Source: Pseudomonadota bacterium
Lineage (GTDB): Bacteria > Bdellovibrionota_B > Oligoflexia > Silvanigrellales > Silvanigrellaceae
Direction of reading: 5' to 3'
NCBI GenBank assembly: GCA_039799905.1
Contig: JBDLRP010000030.1
Coordinates: 1 to 64,000 of the forward strand
Length of the DNA stretch: 64,000 bases
The stretch's first letter is position 1, and every line of letters begins with the position of its first letter. This document shows, one piece after another, positions 19,098 through 29,298 of this stretch. The notes below the pieces were generated by a model, which had not been told where the DNA came from, searched no databases, and saw nothing but the letters and a program-made list of their open reading frames with translations. The position numbers and the translations under genes were made by a program.

Positions 19098-19336
19098 TTC
19101 TCATACACCTCACAGAATCAGTGGAAACTCAACCAGATTGCAGCCTTCTAGCATGCCTTTCACTCGTCTTGCCACCCATGCGGGAGAGACTTTTCCGGCT
19201 TATGCCCACAAATGACAAAACTTTGAACTAGCGTTTACCTGCCCGCAGAGGATTGCAGTAATGTTGGGACGATGGCACGAATTCGGGCGGCTTGCGCACG
19301 ACGGGCCAAGGTCCAATCAACAAAGGGTGGCGCGGT

Positions 19337-19621
19337 ATGGTTAAAAGCGAACTGATTGAAGTTTTGGCCTCGAAGGCAGACATCACAACGACCCAGTCGG
19401 AAGAGGCTGTGAATCTGTTTTTTCAATCGATCATCGATTCGCTGACCACCGACGGCCGCGTTGAAATTCGCGGTTTCGGCGCATTCACAGTGCGCAAATA
19501 CAAATCCTACGACGGTCGCAATCCCAAGACCGGCGAGAAAATTGAAGTGCCTGAAAAGAAACTTCCGTTCTGGAAAACGGGCCTTGAGCTCCGCCAGCGT
19601 GTTGATGGCCTTGGCGGCTGA
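19337..19621 (+). CDS. ihfB: integration host factor beta / HU family
   Basis: MVKSELI, RVEIRGFGAF, GRNPKTG, PFWKTG.ELR.RV. Confidence 0.88.
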   Translation: MVKSELIEVLASKADITTTQSEEAVNLFFQSIIDSLTTDGRVEIRGFGAFTVRKYKSYDGRNPKTGEKIEVPEKKLPFWKTGLELRQRVDGLGG

Positions 19622-19704
19622 ATGCAGCGCCCCGCACTTTGCCTGAAAAGTGAAATAAGCCCGCCTGCACCCAATGTTGAAGCTTATTTTCAATCTAAAC
19701 GAAG

Positions 19705-19736
19705 AAGGCCTCGGAGAATTCTCTCCGAGGCCTTTT
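19705..19736. terminator. hairpin terminator between convergent ihfB and rpsT
   Basis: AAGGCCTCGGAGA-ATTC-TCTCCGAGGCCTT. Confidence 0.75.
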
Positions 19737-19772
19737 CAGCATCACAATGCCGGATGTCACCGACACTGGGTA

Positions 19773-20051
19773 TTACTTCGTTGTCACGCCTTTGGCCTTC
19801 TTGACCTGAGCGGACAGACGGCTGATGCGACGCGCCATGTTGTTTGCATGGATGACGCCCTTGCGACGGGTCACCGCGATAACAGACTGAGTTTCGCGGA
19901 AAAGAGCGTCGAGCTGGTCGACCTTCTTGTTCTCGATAGCATCACGCAACTTGCGGATTGCGGTTTTCATTGCGCTCATCACCTGACGGTTGCGCTCGTT
20001 GCGAACGATGGTCTGGCGTGCGCGCTTCTCAGCGGACTTATGAGTTGCCAT
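19773..20051 (-). CDS. rpsT: 30S ribosomal protein S20
   Basis: MATHKSAEKRARQ...RN, KGVIH.N..AR..SRL. Confidence 0.95.
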   Translation of the reverse strand: MATHKSAEKRARQTIVRNERNRQVMSAMKTAIRKLRDAIENKKVDQLDALFRETQSVIAVTRRKGVIHANNMARRISRLSAQVKKAKGVTTK

Positions 20052-20186
20052 GGAAAGCTCCAAAAGGGAGTGGCTGTGCGTTTCAACGGGACTGCGAAGG
20101 ACAGACACTCACTGGATTGAACCAGACCTTCGCCACCCACCGCCGCACTGCTCTGGAAAGCGCGGCAGAAAACTAAACACTAAAAC

Positions 20187-20435
20187 TTAGCCGAGCTTGA
20201 TGTTCGACTTCTTCAGCAGGTTGGCGACTGCATCCGACGGACGCGCGCCGATTTTGTACCAGTGGCTCATGCGCTCAGCCTCGAGCGAGATCGTCGAAGG
20301 CTCGGTCATCGGGTTGTAGTAGCCCAGACGCTCGATGAAGCGACCGTTGCGGGCGTTGCGAGAGTCAGTCACAACCACCTGAAAGAATGGGCGGTTTTTG
20401 TTGCCAAAACGTTGCATACGAAACTTCAGTGCCAT
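20187..20435 (-). CDS. rpsP: 30S ribosomal protein S16
   Basis: RFG.KNRPF..VV.DSR..RNGRFIE.LG.YNP, GARPSD. Confidence 0.96.
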   Translation of the reverse strand: MALKFRMQRFGNKNRPFFQVVVTDSRNARNGRFIERLGYYNPMTEPSTISLEAERMSHWYKIGARPSDAVANLLKKSNIKLG

Positions 20436-20735
20436 GGAGGACTACCTTCTCTGTGTGGGAAACGAGGGCCCACTCACCCGGCGCTCTGTGAGTCCTGAAA
20501 TAACCTCAACCATTTGAGGGTGTTTCTGAATGACTCCCGAACGCGTTGCTAGCCAATTCCGCTTTTAGCGGGAAAGCTCGCATACCGCCCGAATTTGCCG
20601 CTGTCAATCCGAAAGACGCTGGCAGTCCGCTCTCGTGCGTCTGGGTGTACAATCTAGAGAGCGAGGCAAGGCTGTGTTCGCCTGAAATGCACTCACATAG
20701 GGCATCTCGAGCACCCCAAACGGAGGTCGGAATCC

Positions 20736-22109
20736 GTGCGCCATCAAAAATTCCCCATGGGTGTACTGCTGACTCCCGAAGAAGGACTGGCAGCCGATTG
20801 TCAAACAGCTTTGCGCTCGTTCGGCCTTAAAAAACTGCAGGTCGTTGGAGAATTTGCCGAGCTTCAAAAACAAATCATGGAGCACGCGTTCGACATCGTT
20901 CTCGTGGACACCGATTGTCTCGAGGGAGCAGACAAAAACGGAATTGTCAGCCGACTGCGCTCGGTCAACAATCATAAGCAGGGAGTCTTTGTTGCCCTGT
21001 CTCGCATCAATTCCCGCGAGGAATATCTTGAAATCCGCGCACAGGGTTTCTCAACTGTACTTATCAAGCCCATCAGTCTGGCGATGATGGAACAGGCACT
21101 TCTTGAAGTGGCAGAGCGGCAGCGCACCCAACCTGTCGACCGAGAATCCCTCACTAAAGTTCATGCCCACTTCCTCCAGGGGCACACTTTCGAGGCCGAA
21201 CGCACACTCAACATCTGGCTGGAAAAAGAGCCTGAGTCACTCGAGGGGCTTACGCTTCTGTCTTTGCATCAGTTTAAAAAACAAGAGTACTACCGTGCCA
21301 ATCAGACAATCAAAAAAGTTCTGAATCTCAACTCGGAATACGTGCCGGCACTGCAATTGCGCACGCGCATCTCGCTGCGGCTCGGACAGCTGGCAGAAGC
21401 TTTTCAGGCTCTGTCGCTCGAGGAGCGGGTGATCGCCCAATTCGATGCGCGACGCGCCGGAAGCCCAAATCACATGCTCAGCAAAAGCCAAATCGCCGAA
21501 TTGTCCTTTAGTGAACAGTTCCAGACCCGCGAGGGAATAACCGCACTGCTCATCAATCTTGGCCTGCAGCTGAGTAAAACCGGACGATCAGATGAGTCAC
21601 TGAAACTCTATGAACGTGCGATTGGTCCGCTCGAGGATGAAAATTCAAAATTCATCGCGCTGTTTAACCGCGGCAGACTTTATCTCAACTTGAAAAAAAC
21701 AATGCTGGCGCGCGCTGACTTGACTGAAGCGAGAAAAATTGCACCCCAAGAGCTGCAGGCAAAAATCTCTGAACTACTCTCGATGTGCAATCCGGCCGAA
21801 GAAGCTTCGGCAATCGAAATGCTCAATAAACCGCGTAAACGCACGGGTGCTATGGCCGTCGCGGACCTGCTCAGCATGGGAGATATTCCCCGGCCAAAAC
21901 AGCAAAAATACAAGCCATTCGACCGCGACGAAGTTCTCAAACTCGTCTTTCTGGGAAAGATGCAGGAAGACACCGTGCCTCCCGAGAGTGTCGAAGAATG
22001 GCTGCAAATGAAAAAACGAATTCTTCACATTCTCTTTCTCGATGAACTTCCTTTGGTGGACAAGTCGCTGGCGCAGGTCGAAAGCGCGCCTGATCAGGGA
22101 GCACAATGA
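20736..22109 (+). CDS. atypical receiver domain plus TPR repeats
   Basis: FDIVLVD, FVALS, LIKPIS receiver motifs with a degenerate first acidic pocket; TPR-like helices (LINLG..L...G...E...LYERAI, LFNRGRLYL). Confidence 0.7.
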   Translation: MRHQKFPMGVLLTPEEGLAADCQTALRSFGLKKLQVVGEFAELQKQIMEHAFDIVLVDTDCLEGADKNGIVSRLRSVNNHKQGVFVALSRINSREEYLEIRAQGFSTVLIKPISLAMMEQALLEVAERQRTQPVDRESLTKVHAHFLQGHTFEAERTLNIWLEKEPESLEGLTLLSLHQFKKQEYYRANQTIKKVLNLNSEYVPALQLRTRISLRLGQLAEAFQALSLEERVIAQFDARRAGSPNHMLSKSQIAELSFSEQFQTREGITALLINLGLQLSKTGRSDESLKLYERAIGPLEDENSKFIALFNRGRLYLNLKKTMLARADLTEARKIAPQELQAKISELLSMCNPAEEASAIEMLNKPRKRTGAMAVADLLSMGDIPRPKQQKYKPFDRDEVLKLVFLGKMQEDTVPPESVEEWLQMKKRILHILFLDELPLVDKSLAQVESAPDQGAQ

Positions 22110-23251
22110 GCGAACTCATAAAACTCGGCGGAAACGGACTGAAAGACTTTTTTCTCGATCTGCGTGCAATGAGATTCACAGGAGAAATCAAATTTCACTG
22201 TCCTGACTGCACTAAATCAGTGATCATTCAGAGTGGCGAAATCACGCATTGCCTTTCAACATTGCTTGATGACCGGATGGGTGACGTCATCTATCGTGAG
22301 GGAATCCTGTCACTCGACCTATTCATTGAGCTTGCAGGTAAGGTCAGTGACAAAGTTCGCTTTGGTGATCTGCTCATCCAAAATAATTTTTTTACACTCG
22401 TCGATTTGTGGGATGCTCTCAACACCCAGTCAAAAAATATTTTGCAGTCGCTCGTATTTCATGAATTTTTGGAAGCTGAAATTCTCGACTCTGAAAGCCT
22501 CAAGACTCCGGACTTCGGCCTGCGTTTCCGCTGGGACGAATCGATTGATGAGGCGCTGGAGGAACTCAGGCTGGTGCGCCGTTTCGAAAGGGCCGCACGC
22601 AGACTCTCTGCCCTGGCGGTCGACGAGCGCAACCGCGCTTTGGCAAAAACTGATTTTCTCCGCGATATGCTCAGCCTCGTTGAGGAGCACGCGGACTTCA
22701 ACGTGGTTGTTGATGAAAAGAGCCCGCTGTCGAAAGTTTATACAGTGCGGGCGCTGTTCCAAATGTATTCAATGGGAATAATTACCGACGTTTGGGATTT
22801 GTTTGCTCAAGATCTTCTGATTCCCGCCGAAAACGAGCTTCAAGAGGTAGTCAGCTCCTCGAACAGAGTCTTCATGATGATGGAAGAGCTCGTTCAGCAA
22901 CGAATGCTGTCAGGATGGGACGCCGCGGTGAAGAGAGCAGTTCGAATCCTAGAGCGCGAACTTGGTACGGGAGTCAACCTCGTACCGAACCAGGGTTTCT
23001 CCGTCCAACAAATCCACAAAGCAATAGCACTCAACCGTGATTTGAAAATTCGTGCGATGCGTGCGCAGGAGCACAGGTGGCCCTTGTCGGTCATCGCACT
23101 CATTCAGGAGGGATTGCATAAAGCAATTTTATATCTGCTGTTTGAAATTTCAAACAACCGCGGAATGGAGGAAGATTCAAGAAAAATACATGCTGAATTG
23201 GTGAATGCGAGAGGTTCTTATTTTTCAAGAGTTGCCGAAGCCATTTCCTAA
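22106..23251 (+). CDS. DUF4388/PatA_N-like protein with two MshEN-like motifs
   Basis: FTGEI....K.V.I.SGEI; RMGDVIYREGIL and RFGDLLIQNN.....LWDALNTQ; ATGA overlap with upstream gene. Confidence 0.6.
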   Translation: MSELIKLGGNGLKDFFLDLRAMRFTGEIKFHCPDCTKSVIIQSGEITHCLSTLLDDRMGDVIYREGILSLDLFIELAGKVSDKVRFGDLLIQNNFFTLVDLWDALNTQSKNILQSLVFHEFLEAEILDSESLKTPDFGLRFRWDESIDEALEELRLVRRFERAARRLSALAVDERNRALAKTDFLRDMLSLVEEHADFNVVVDEKSPLSKVYTVRALFQMYSMGIITDVWDLFAQDLLIPAENELQEVVSSSNRVFMMMEELVQQRMLSGWDAAVKRAVRILERELGTGVNLVPNQGFSVQQIHKAIALNRDLKIRAMRAQEHRWPLSVIALIQEGLHKAILYLLFEISNNRGMEEDSRKIHAELVNARGSYFSRVAEAIS

Positions 23252-23263
23252 AAGGAGTTCTCT

Positions 23264-23587
23264 ATGGCAAACCAAGTTGCGGCTCACGGATTTACACTGA
23301 CACAAGCGCTGCGCGATTGCTGCGAGGGCGAGTCGACTGACAAGCTCATGCCGCTGGCGCTGCACAATTTTGGAAGCCGCTGGGCACTATCTCTCGAGGG
23401 CAACGAGCATGTCGCGCACCTGACGTGGAACGATGGTCCGTTTCACGGAGACGTGACCATGAAATCTTCAGATATGTACCACAGCATCCATGGTGCGACG
23501 AAGCGCGCAATGGAGCAGATAAAGAAAGCGCACAGCAAACGCTATGACCATCACAAACCCGTGAAGGGAATCGCGCAAGCGAGCTGA
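23264..23587 (+). CDS. divergent ribosome hibernation factor (HPF/RaiA, short form)
   Basis: HGFTLTQALRD and DMYHSIHGATKRAMEQIKK resemble HPF N- and C-terminal motifs; RBS AAGGAG. Confidence 0.65.
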   Translation: MANQVAAHGFTLTQALRDCCEGESTDKLMPLALHNFGSRWALSLEGNEHVAHLTWNDGPFHGDVTMKSSDMYHSIHGATKRAMEQIKKAHSKRYDHHKPVKGIAQAS

Positions 23588-23622
23588 GTGCGGCAGTAGA
23601 CTGCCCTTGCACAGAAGTCCGG

Positions 23623-25740
23623 TCAGATTTGCGTCTGACCGGACTTTTTTGTTCTCCGCGGGCGAAATCTCAAAGCAAGCCACCCCGCAAACAGCATAAC
23701 GGGTAGACTCGTCCACATCTCGAGTTTTTTGCGCGGATGGGTGGCGGCTAAACTAGAAACGACACACCCCGAAGTCACCTGACTGGTGTCGCCCGAATTG
23801 ACCGCGAAATCAGCCTGACTAATGAGGCCACCCGCTTTGCTGGGATCGGTGACAGCCGTCACCGAGTTTGTCGCACTCAAAAGACCGCTTCCAAGAAGAA
23901 ACACCTTGACGTCGGGATAAGGCTGATAGGCGAAGTCCGCATTTGCAAGATTCCCATCAGGAAGCGTTCCGTACAACAAATCGAAATTCGCATAACGTAA
24001 AAGTAGCGAACGGATGACACTCGCAGAAAGATTGTTTCCCACTGCTTTGAGCAGCCCAGCAACTCCGGCCACGTGCGGGGCTGCCTGACTTGTACCGCTT
24101 TTTCCGGTTGTGTCGCCTCCCGGAATTGACGAAATAATATTTGAACCCGGCGCGCAGATATCAACCCAATCCCCAAAATTGCTGAATCTGCTTTTCAATC
24201 GGCGGCCACGCACTGGTCCGCTCCCTTGCGTCAGGTCGCTAGAGCCTGTTGGTTCGGTCGAAAACGAACCAACATCGCCGACATCATGGCTTGTGGAGCA
24301 GACGGCAACGACGTCACGAAATGCCGCTGGAAACATCGGAACCTCGACGTTTTGATTTCCTGCGGCAGCAACCATCAGAATGTCGTTGGCAATCAGCCTG
24401 CGTGCGGTCAGCGACAGTGCGCGGCTGGAAAAATACTTGCCGAGGCTCAGGTTCACAATATTTGTCACCAGTAAATCGGATCTCCCCGGCACGGTCAGAT
24501 CGAGCACATAACCAAGTGCCTGAAGTTGCGCCGCATCTGAAATTCCGCCATCGACTTCAATCATCGTCTCGGGGTTGTAGGGCCCTTCGGAATTGCAATT
24601 CGGCTTCTCCGCACCGCGGGTCAGAAAACATCTTCTCGCCGCACGAATCGCAAGAATCTTGCAATTGAGCGGACACACTCCAACAAATCCAGCGCGTGCC
24701 GAAGAACCGCCTGCGACAATTCCGGCAACGTGCGAACCATGACCACAGGATGAGGCCCTGCTGCCGGATTCAGGAGGGCAGGGCGCACCTGCGCCACCAA
24801 CGTCGCCGGAGCCTGGAATTGTCGCAGGCCCGCGATCAATCTCACCCTTGGGAATGCTCGCATTGACTCCCATAAAATCGTCGACCCAGCCGTTGCCGTC
24901 ATCGTCCACCTGAGGCTTTCCGCCCTTCTGCGGATCTTCGGCCTCGTTTCTATAAAGCCGCCCCTGCAGAGCCTGACCGGGTTGATCGAGTGCGTTGTCG
25001 ACTCCCGTGTCGATGACGGCAACGACGACCGTGTTGCCTTTTTCCATAACAGGAACAAGTTGATCCAAACCGAGCAGAAAAGTGTTCCACTGCGCCTTAA
25101 GCCTGTCGGCAATTTTCGGATCGTCTCCCGCCGGAGCGTCTTGCTGCACCTCACTTTCGAGGTTGGGCTCCGCAAACTCAACTCCGCCCACATCTTCAAG
25201 AGATTCCCACATCCAGCGCACAAGAAATCTGTCTTTTTCCTCGCCACCCTGCAGTTGCGATAATTTTTGACTCCAGACTGAACTCGTCATCAGCAGATTA
25301 CGGACTCCGGAGATTCCCCCGCGGAAGCGAACCTCAGCGAATCCGAAAACGGGCAGTGGTGCCGCTCCTGACGGCAGTGTTTTTTCAAAGTTTGCAATCG
25401 GCTGAACGTGTGCTTCCAAAAGCAAATTCAAGTCCGTGACGAGCGCACTTCTTTGCAAAAGACTATCTTCACGGACAAGAATATCTGCAAGAGTTTCTGC
25501 AACCAGCCCGCGCAGGACAGAACGTGATTTCAACTGCTGGTGTTCACGCGACAGCGCAACGATCCACGATTCTCCATCCCAGATCTTCTGCCAACGCTGA
25601 AAACTGTCCATGGTTGGCCATGTGACGCCCGATACCTTCTGTTCAACCTCGTAGCGCGATTTGCCATCTCCGCACGAGAGCAGAGCGAAAAGTGTAACCA
25701 TTGACACAAAGAGCAAACAGCGGTGAACACGATGAATCAT
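23623..25740 (-). CDS. S8 subtilase with lipoprotein signal and C-terminal sorting-type motif
   Basis: LLSC lipobox; VAVIDTG, GHGSHVAG, AAAGN, GTSQAAPHVAG; tail SGCVVSSLA, hydrophobic stretch, RFRPRR. Confidence 0.92.
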   Translation of the reverse strand: MIHRVHRCLLFVSMVTLFALLSCGDGKSRYEVEQKVSGVTWPTMDSFQRWQKIWDGESWIVALSREHQQLKSRSVLRGLVAETLADILVREDSLLQRSALVTDLNLLLEAHVQPIANFEKTLPSGAAPLPVFGFAEVRFRGGISGVRNLLMTSSVWSQKLSQLQGGEEKDRFLVRWMWESLEDVGGVEFAEPNLESEVQQDAPAGDDPKIADRLKAQWNTFLLGLDQLVPVMEKGNTVVVAVIDTGVDNALDQPGQALQGRLYRNEAEDPQKGGKPQVDDDGNGWVDDFMGVNASIPKGEIDRGPATIPGSGDVGGAGAPCPPESGSRASSCGHGSHVAGIVAGGSSARAGFVGVCPLNCKILAIRAARRCFLTRGAEKPNCNSEGPYNPETMIEVDGGISDAAQLQALGYVLDLTVPGRSDLLVTNIVNLSLGKYFSSRALSLTARRLIANDILMVAAAGNQNVEVPMFPAAFRDVVAVCSTSHDVGDVGSFSTEPTGSSDLTQGSGPVRGRRLKSRFSNFGDWVDICAPGSNIISSIPGGDTTGKSGTSQAAPHVAGVAGLLKAVGNNLSASVIRSLLLRYANFDLLYGTLPDGNLANADFAYQPYPDVKVFLLGSGLLSATNSVTAVTDPSKAGGLISQADFAVNSGDTSQVTSGCVVSSLAATHPRKKLEMWTSLPVMLFAGWLALRFRPRRTKKSGQTQI

Positions 25741-27830
25741 GACGACTTTGCCTTCTTTGCTGAACGCTGGAGGAGCCTGAAAATTCTAAAAAATGCCAAC
25801 AACAGAATCAGTAGTACGGGTGTGCTGCCGAATGCGTGTGTCGCACGACCACCTGCCTTTTGTGCGAATGCCAGCGAACCGACGATGCAACCACCGGGCT
25901 GATTGGCAAGAAAATTGAAGTTGGTCTTGCTCTGGCGCTTTCCCTGAATAGCAGCATCGAGATCGAGAAATCCCGCCCCAAGCAAATTGTCGCAAACAGA
26001 TGTGTCCGTGTAACACGCGCGATAGAGCCGCTCATCAGAGCCGGGTACACGGTTATATGAAGAGTTGTAGAGCGATTCCGAATCGGCCGCGTTTTTCAAA
26101 AGTTCTATAACCTGAGCGGCACTCTTGGTGTTCCCGTTGTATGCCAGTAGATATCCGAGCGCACCCGCGACAAACGGAGTCGCCTGACTGGTCCCGCTCT
26201 TATCTACAAACAGTCCACCGCCGTCTGAAGTTTTGCCAGGGATCGTCGAGACTATGTCGGTACCCGGTGCGCAGAGATCTACCCAATCGCCGAAATTGCT
26301 GAATGGTGCGCGGCCATAGGCGCCCTGCGCGTAATCCTCACTGGTTGCACAAACCGCAACAACACTGTCATAGGCAGCAGGATAACTGGGTGTCTCGGTT
26401 CCGTCGTTGCCCGCGGCAGCGACAACAATGATGTTCTTTCTCTGCAGATTGCGGATGATGTAGCTCATCGTTCGTGAAGCAAAATATTTGCCGAGACTGA
26501 GGTTTACAACATTCACAAGCAGGCGGCCCGGATTATCGGGCGCGCGCAGGTTGTAAAGATAGGTCAGCGCACGGATCTGCGATGAATCCGAAATGCCGCC
26601 GTCTACCTCATAAGAAGTGAACGGATCGAACTTGCTTGTTGGTTTGACACACTCAAGTTTGTTTTGAGTGTCAGGTTGAAGACACCGTTCGGCAACACGA
26701 ATCGACAAAATTCGACAACTCGGACAAATACCCATCGTACTTAAGTCGCCACCATGCTTGGCGGCAACAATACCGGCAACGTGACTTCCATGGCCGCAAT
26801 TGGCCGAAAGCTCATCATTGGGTCGGATGCGCGGACAAGATTTTCCCGCACCTCCCAGATCTGCATGTCCCGGCTTGGGGTCGACTCCATCGTCTTTTCC
26901 ACATTCACTTGTTGCGTCGATACCGTGAACGTCATCGACGAAACAATTGCCATCGTTGTCCTGACCGTCTGCCTTTTCAGCAGGATTGACGAACATCTGA
27001 TCTTTGAGCTCGGGATGCGACGAATCAACGCCCGTGTCGAGAATGGCAACGTTGACGGCGGGAAGGGACTGCCGGGACTTCTCGACAAAAGAAAAGGCGC
27101 TGTCAGCCCTCATCCGCTTGAGCACTGCAACAATCGACGTGTTGTATTTAAATTCTGGCGCCAACCCAAAAGCGGGCTCTTGAGCAGACTGACTTCGCCA
27201 TGGTTTCAGATAACCAACGAGATTCGGCTCAATCCACTCCACGGGCCACGTCGAGCTGAATGCATTCATCAATGAACGCACGCCATCAACATGTTCCAAG
27301 GACTCGCGCAGGCGAAAAGCCTCAGCGACTCCAAAATTATGTAAGGACGAAAGTGCGTTTCCAACGTCAGACATCTTGATGAAATAGATTCCCAGACGCT
27401 CCACGCCATCCTGAGCGAAGTCGGCTGGCGTGCCATCTGGAACCAACTGCGCATCAGCATGGAGCACCTGTCGTTCGAGATTGAGTCCGGCAGCAATAAT
27501 GCCTTTTATCTGTGACAGATCACTCTGGCGCAGACTGCGCTCGGCCTGCGAGTGGCGGATAATTGCTCCGGCCAAAATTGTCTGCGCACGGATGCGGGCG
27601 TCATCAGTTGAAAGATTGACTTGCTCAGTCATGCCGACAATGAATGTTTTGCGATCCCACTGCGGCAGCCAAGCCTCGACATTTTCGGAACCGGCAAGCC
27701 TGACGTTCTGTGCGGCTATTTTTGTTTTCAGTTGCAGGGGCGAATCCGTCCGCCCGCACGCACCAAGGAGAAAAACTCCCGACAGCAAAATGCTCTTCAA
27801 TCGACTGTCAGAAAGCAGTTGCAATGGCAT
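25737..27830 (-). CDS. S8 subtilase paralog with lipoprotein signal and C-terminal sorting-type motif
   Basis: LGAC lipobox; VAILDTG, GHGSHVAG, AAAGN, GTSQATPFVAG; tail GGCIVGSLA...PVLLILLLAFFRIFR; ATG 27830 lies 1 nt after the rhomboid stop. Confidence 0.92.
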   Translation of the reverse strand: MPLQLLSDSRLKSILLSGVFLLGACGRTDSPLQLKTKIAAQNVRLAGSENVEAWLPQWDRKTFIVGMTEQVNLSTDDARIRAQTILAGAIIRHSQAERSLRQSDLSQIKGIIAAGLNLERQVLHADAQLVPDGTPADFAQDGVERLGIYFIKMSDVGNALSSLHNFGVAEAFRLRESLEHVDGVRSLMNAFSSTWPVEWIEPNLVGYLKPWRSQSAQEPAFGLAPEFKYNTSIVAVLKRMRADSAFSFVEKSRQSLPAVNVAILDTGVDSSHPELKDQMFVNPAEKADGQDNDGNCFVDDVHGIDATSECGKDDGVDPKPGHADLGGAGKSCPRIRPNDELSANCGHGSHVAGIVAAKHGGDLSTMGICPSCRILSIRVAERCLQPDTQNKLECVKPTSKFDPFTSYEVDGGISDSSQIRALTYLYNLRAPDNPGRLLVNVVNLSLGKYFASRTMSYIIRNLQRKNIIVVAAAGNDGTETPSYPAAYDSVVAVCATSEDYAQGAYGRAPFSNFGDWVDLCAPGTDIVSTIPGKTSDGGGLFVDKSGTSQATPFVAGALGYLLAYNGNTKSAAQVIELLKNAADSESLYNSSYNRVPGSDERLYRACYTDTSVCDNLLGAGFLDLDAAIQGKRQSKTNFNFLANQPGGCIVGSLAFAQKAGGRATHAFGSTPVLLILLLAFFRIFRLLQRSAKKAKSS

Positions 27831-27831
27831 T

Positions 27832-29298
27832 TCAGAGCCCCCGCTCAGGCAACCGGTGGCCCGCGTCGGCAGGAGCCGCACCGCGCGCATTCAACAATCC
27901 CAATTGCTCGCTGCGGATCAGCTCGCCGCGAAAAAGATCGAGTTCAAAAAAACAGGCACGGCGGTAAGCCCGATCTCCAAAAGACGTATCACCTCCCTGA
28001 TCTTCACCCAAGGGAGTAGGCTGCTCCTCGCATCGGCGGGTCTCGAGCCAGAAGTCAGCAATTGCCGATCGCGCCAATTCCTTATTGCCAAAGTCATCAT
28101 AAAAGGCACATTTATAAAGGAGTCCCGACACAGAATAAAATCCGAGGCTGTGCACGTAATCAGCAGCTTTGCGGCAATAATCGGGCTCCGGCGCCGTCGA
28201 GCGTCCGCCATCCGTAAGAGCACTGATGAGCGTGCTGTCGGGCGGCTGGCGAGAGCGCGACAGTTCAACAGCCTGTTCAAGCAGCGCCTGAGTCGACTTA
28301 GACGCAAACTCCGGACGCCCGAGTCCGCGCTCATTGAGAACCAGCAGAACATTGAACAATACAGTCGCGGAATCATATTTTCCCGCAGAATGCCGCGCCA
28401 ATGCCTGCTCGAGCATAGCATCGGGATTTGCCGGCGAACTGCTTTCATCAAATGAATTCCGATAGGCAGGCAAGTCGAACACAGCATGTCCCTGCATCGT
28501 CGAATTACTTGCATCCAAAACACCGAGACCAAAAACCCGATCCGCAAATGCGACCTGCGGAATCTTGAGGAGCGACAACATGACAAACACTGCCACAGTG
28601 CCAAGATAGAAACCTTCACGCTGAAAAAATTTCAATTTGAATGACTCGGGATCGACGCGCCAATATTTGACCATACTCATCAGGCGGACATTGATTTTGT
28701 GCCGCATCACAAGCCCTACGCCAATAAAAGCTCCGGCAATGGCACCCCCAAGGTGTGAGGCCCAGTCGATGTTGGGAATTAAAAAAGTGATGATGGCGTT
28801 GATGACAATCACGGGTCCCAGTGATGTTCTGAGTTTGATGCCTGTGGTTTCGGCCGTTATTTTTTGCTGGTGCCTTTCGAGTACATAAAGAGCCAGCAGA
28901 AGAGCAAAAAGACTACTCGAGGCTCCAACTGAAAGGGTACTTGTGAAGGTAAAACTGACCGCATTGCCCAACAGACCACCCAGCACATAGGTGACAAATA
29001 AATTGCGCGCACCCGTGAGCACCTCAAAGATCCGGCCGAACTGATAAAGAGCAAACATGTTGAACAAGATATGCGCGGGACTTGCATGCAGGAACATCGG
29101 AAAGAAGAGACGTCCGATTTCACCCTCGGCGATCAATCCATTTTCTTTTGCGCCGTAGCGGATGAGATTCTCGTAGGTAGGTCCGCCTTGATATTGGATT
29201 AGCAGATAAATGAGAACGTTGATTGCGATCAAAACAAAAGTCAAAAACGGCGGCTTCATTGCCGTACCTGCGTCAGTCGTTGTCGGATCTGAACTCAC
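27832..29298 (-). CDS. rhomboid intramembrane serine protease with long soluble C-terminal domain
   Basis: RLF.PMFLH, HILFNM, VGASS (catalytic Ser), IDWASHLGG (catalytic His); helical TPR-like C-terminus. Confidence 0.9.
   Translation of the reverse strand: MSSDPTTTDAGTAMKPPFLTFVLIAINVLIYLLIQYQGGPTYENLIRYGAKENGLIAEGEIGRLFFPMFLHASPAHILFNMFALYQFGRIFEVLTGARNLFVTYVLGGLLGNAVSFTFTSTLSVGASSSLFALLLALYVLERHQQKITAETTGIKLRTSLGPVIVINAIITFLIPNIDWASHLGGAIAGAFIGVGLVMRHKINVRLMSMVKYWRVDPESFKLKFFQREGFYLGTVAVFVMLSLLKIPQVAFADRVFGLGVLDASNSTMQGHAVFDLPAYRNSFDESSSPANPDAMLEQALARHSAGKYDSATVLFNVLLVLNERGLGRPEFASKSTQALLEQAVELSRSRQPPDSTLISALTDGGRSTAPEPDYCRKAADYVHSLGFYSVSGLLYKCAFYDDFGNKELARSAIADFWLETRRCEEQPTPLGEDQGGDTSFGDRAYRRACFFELDLFRGELIRSEQLGLLNARGAAPADAGHRLPERGL

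Noticed and set aside
27430..28619. ORFs 27430..28455 (+) and 27918..28619 (-)
   Set aside because: Overlap the well-supported S8 and rhomboid genes in other frames; no motifs
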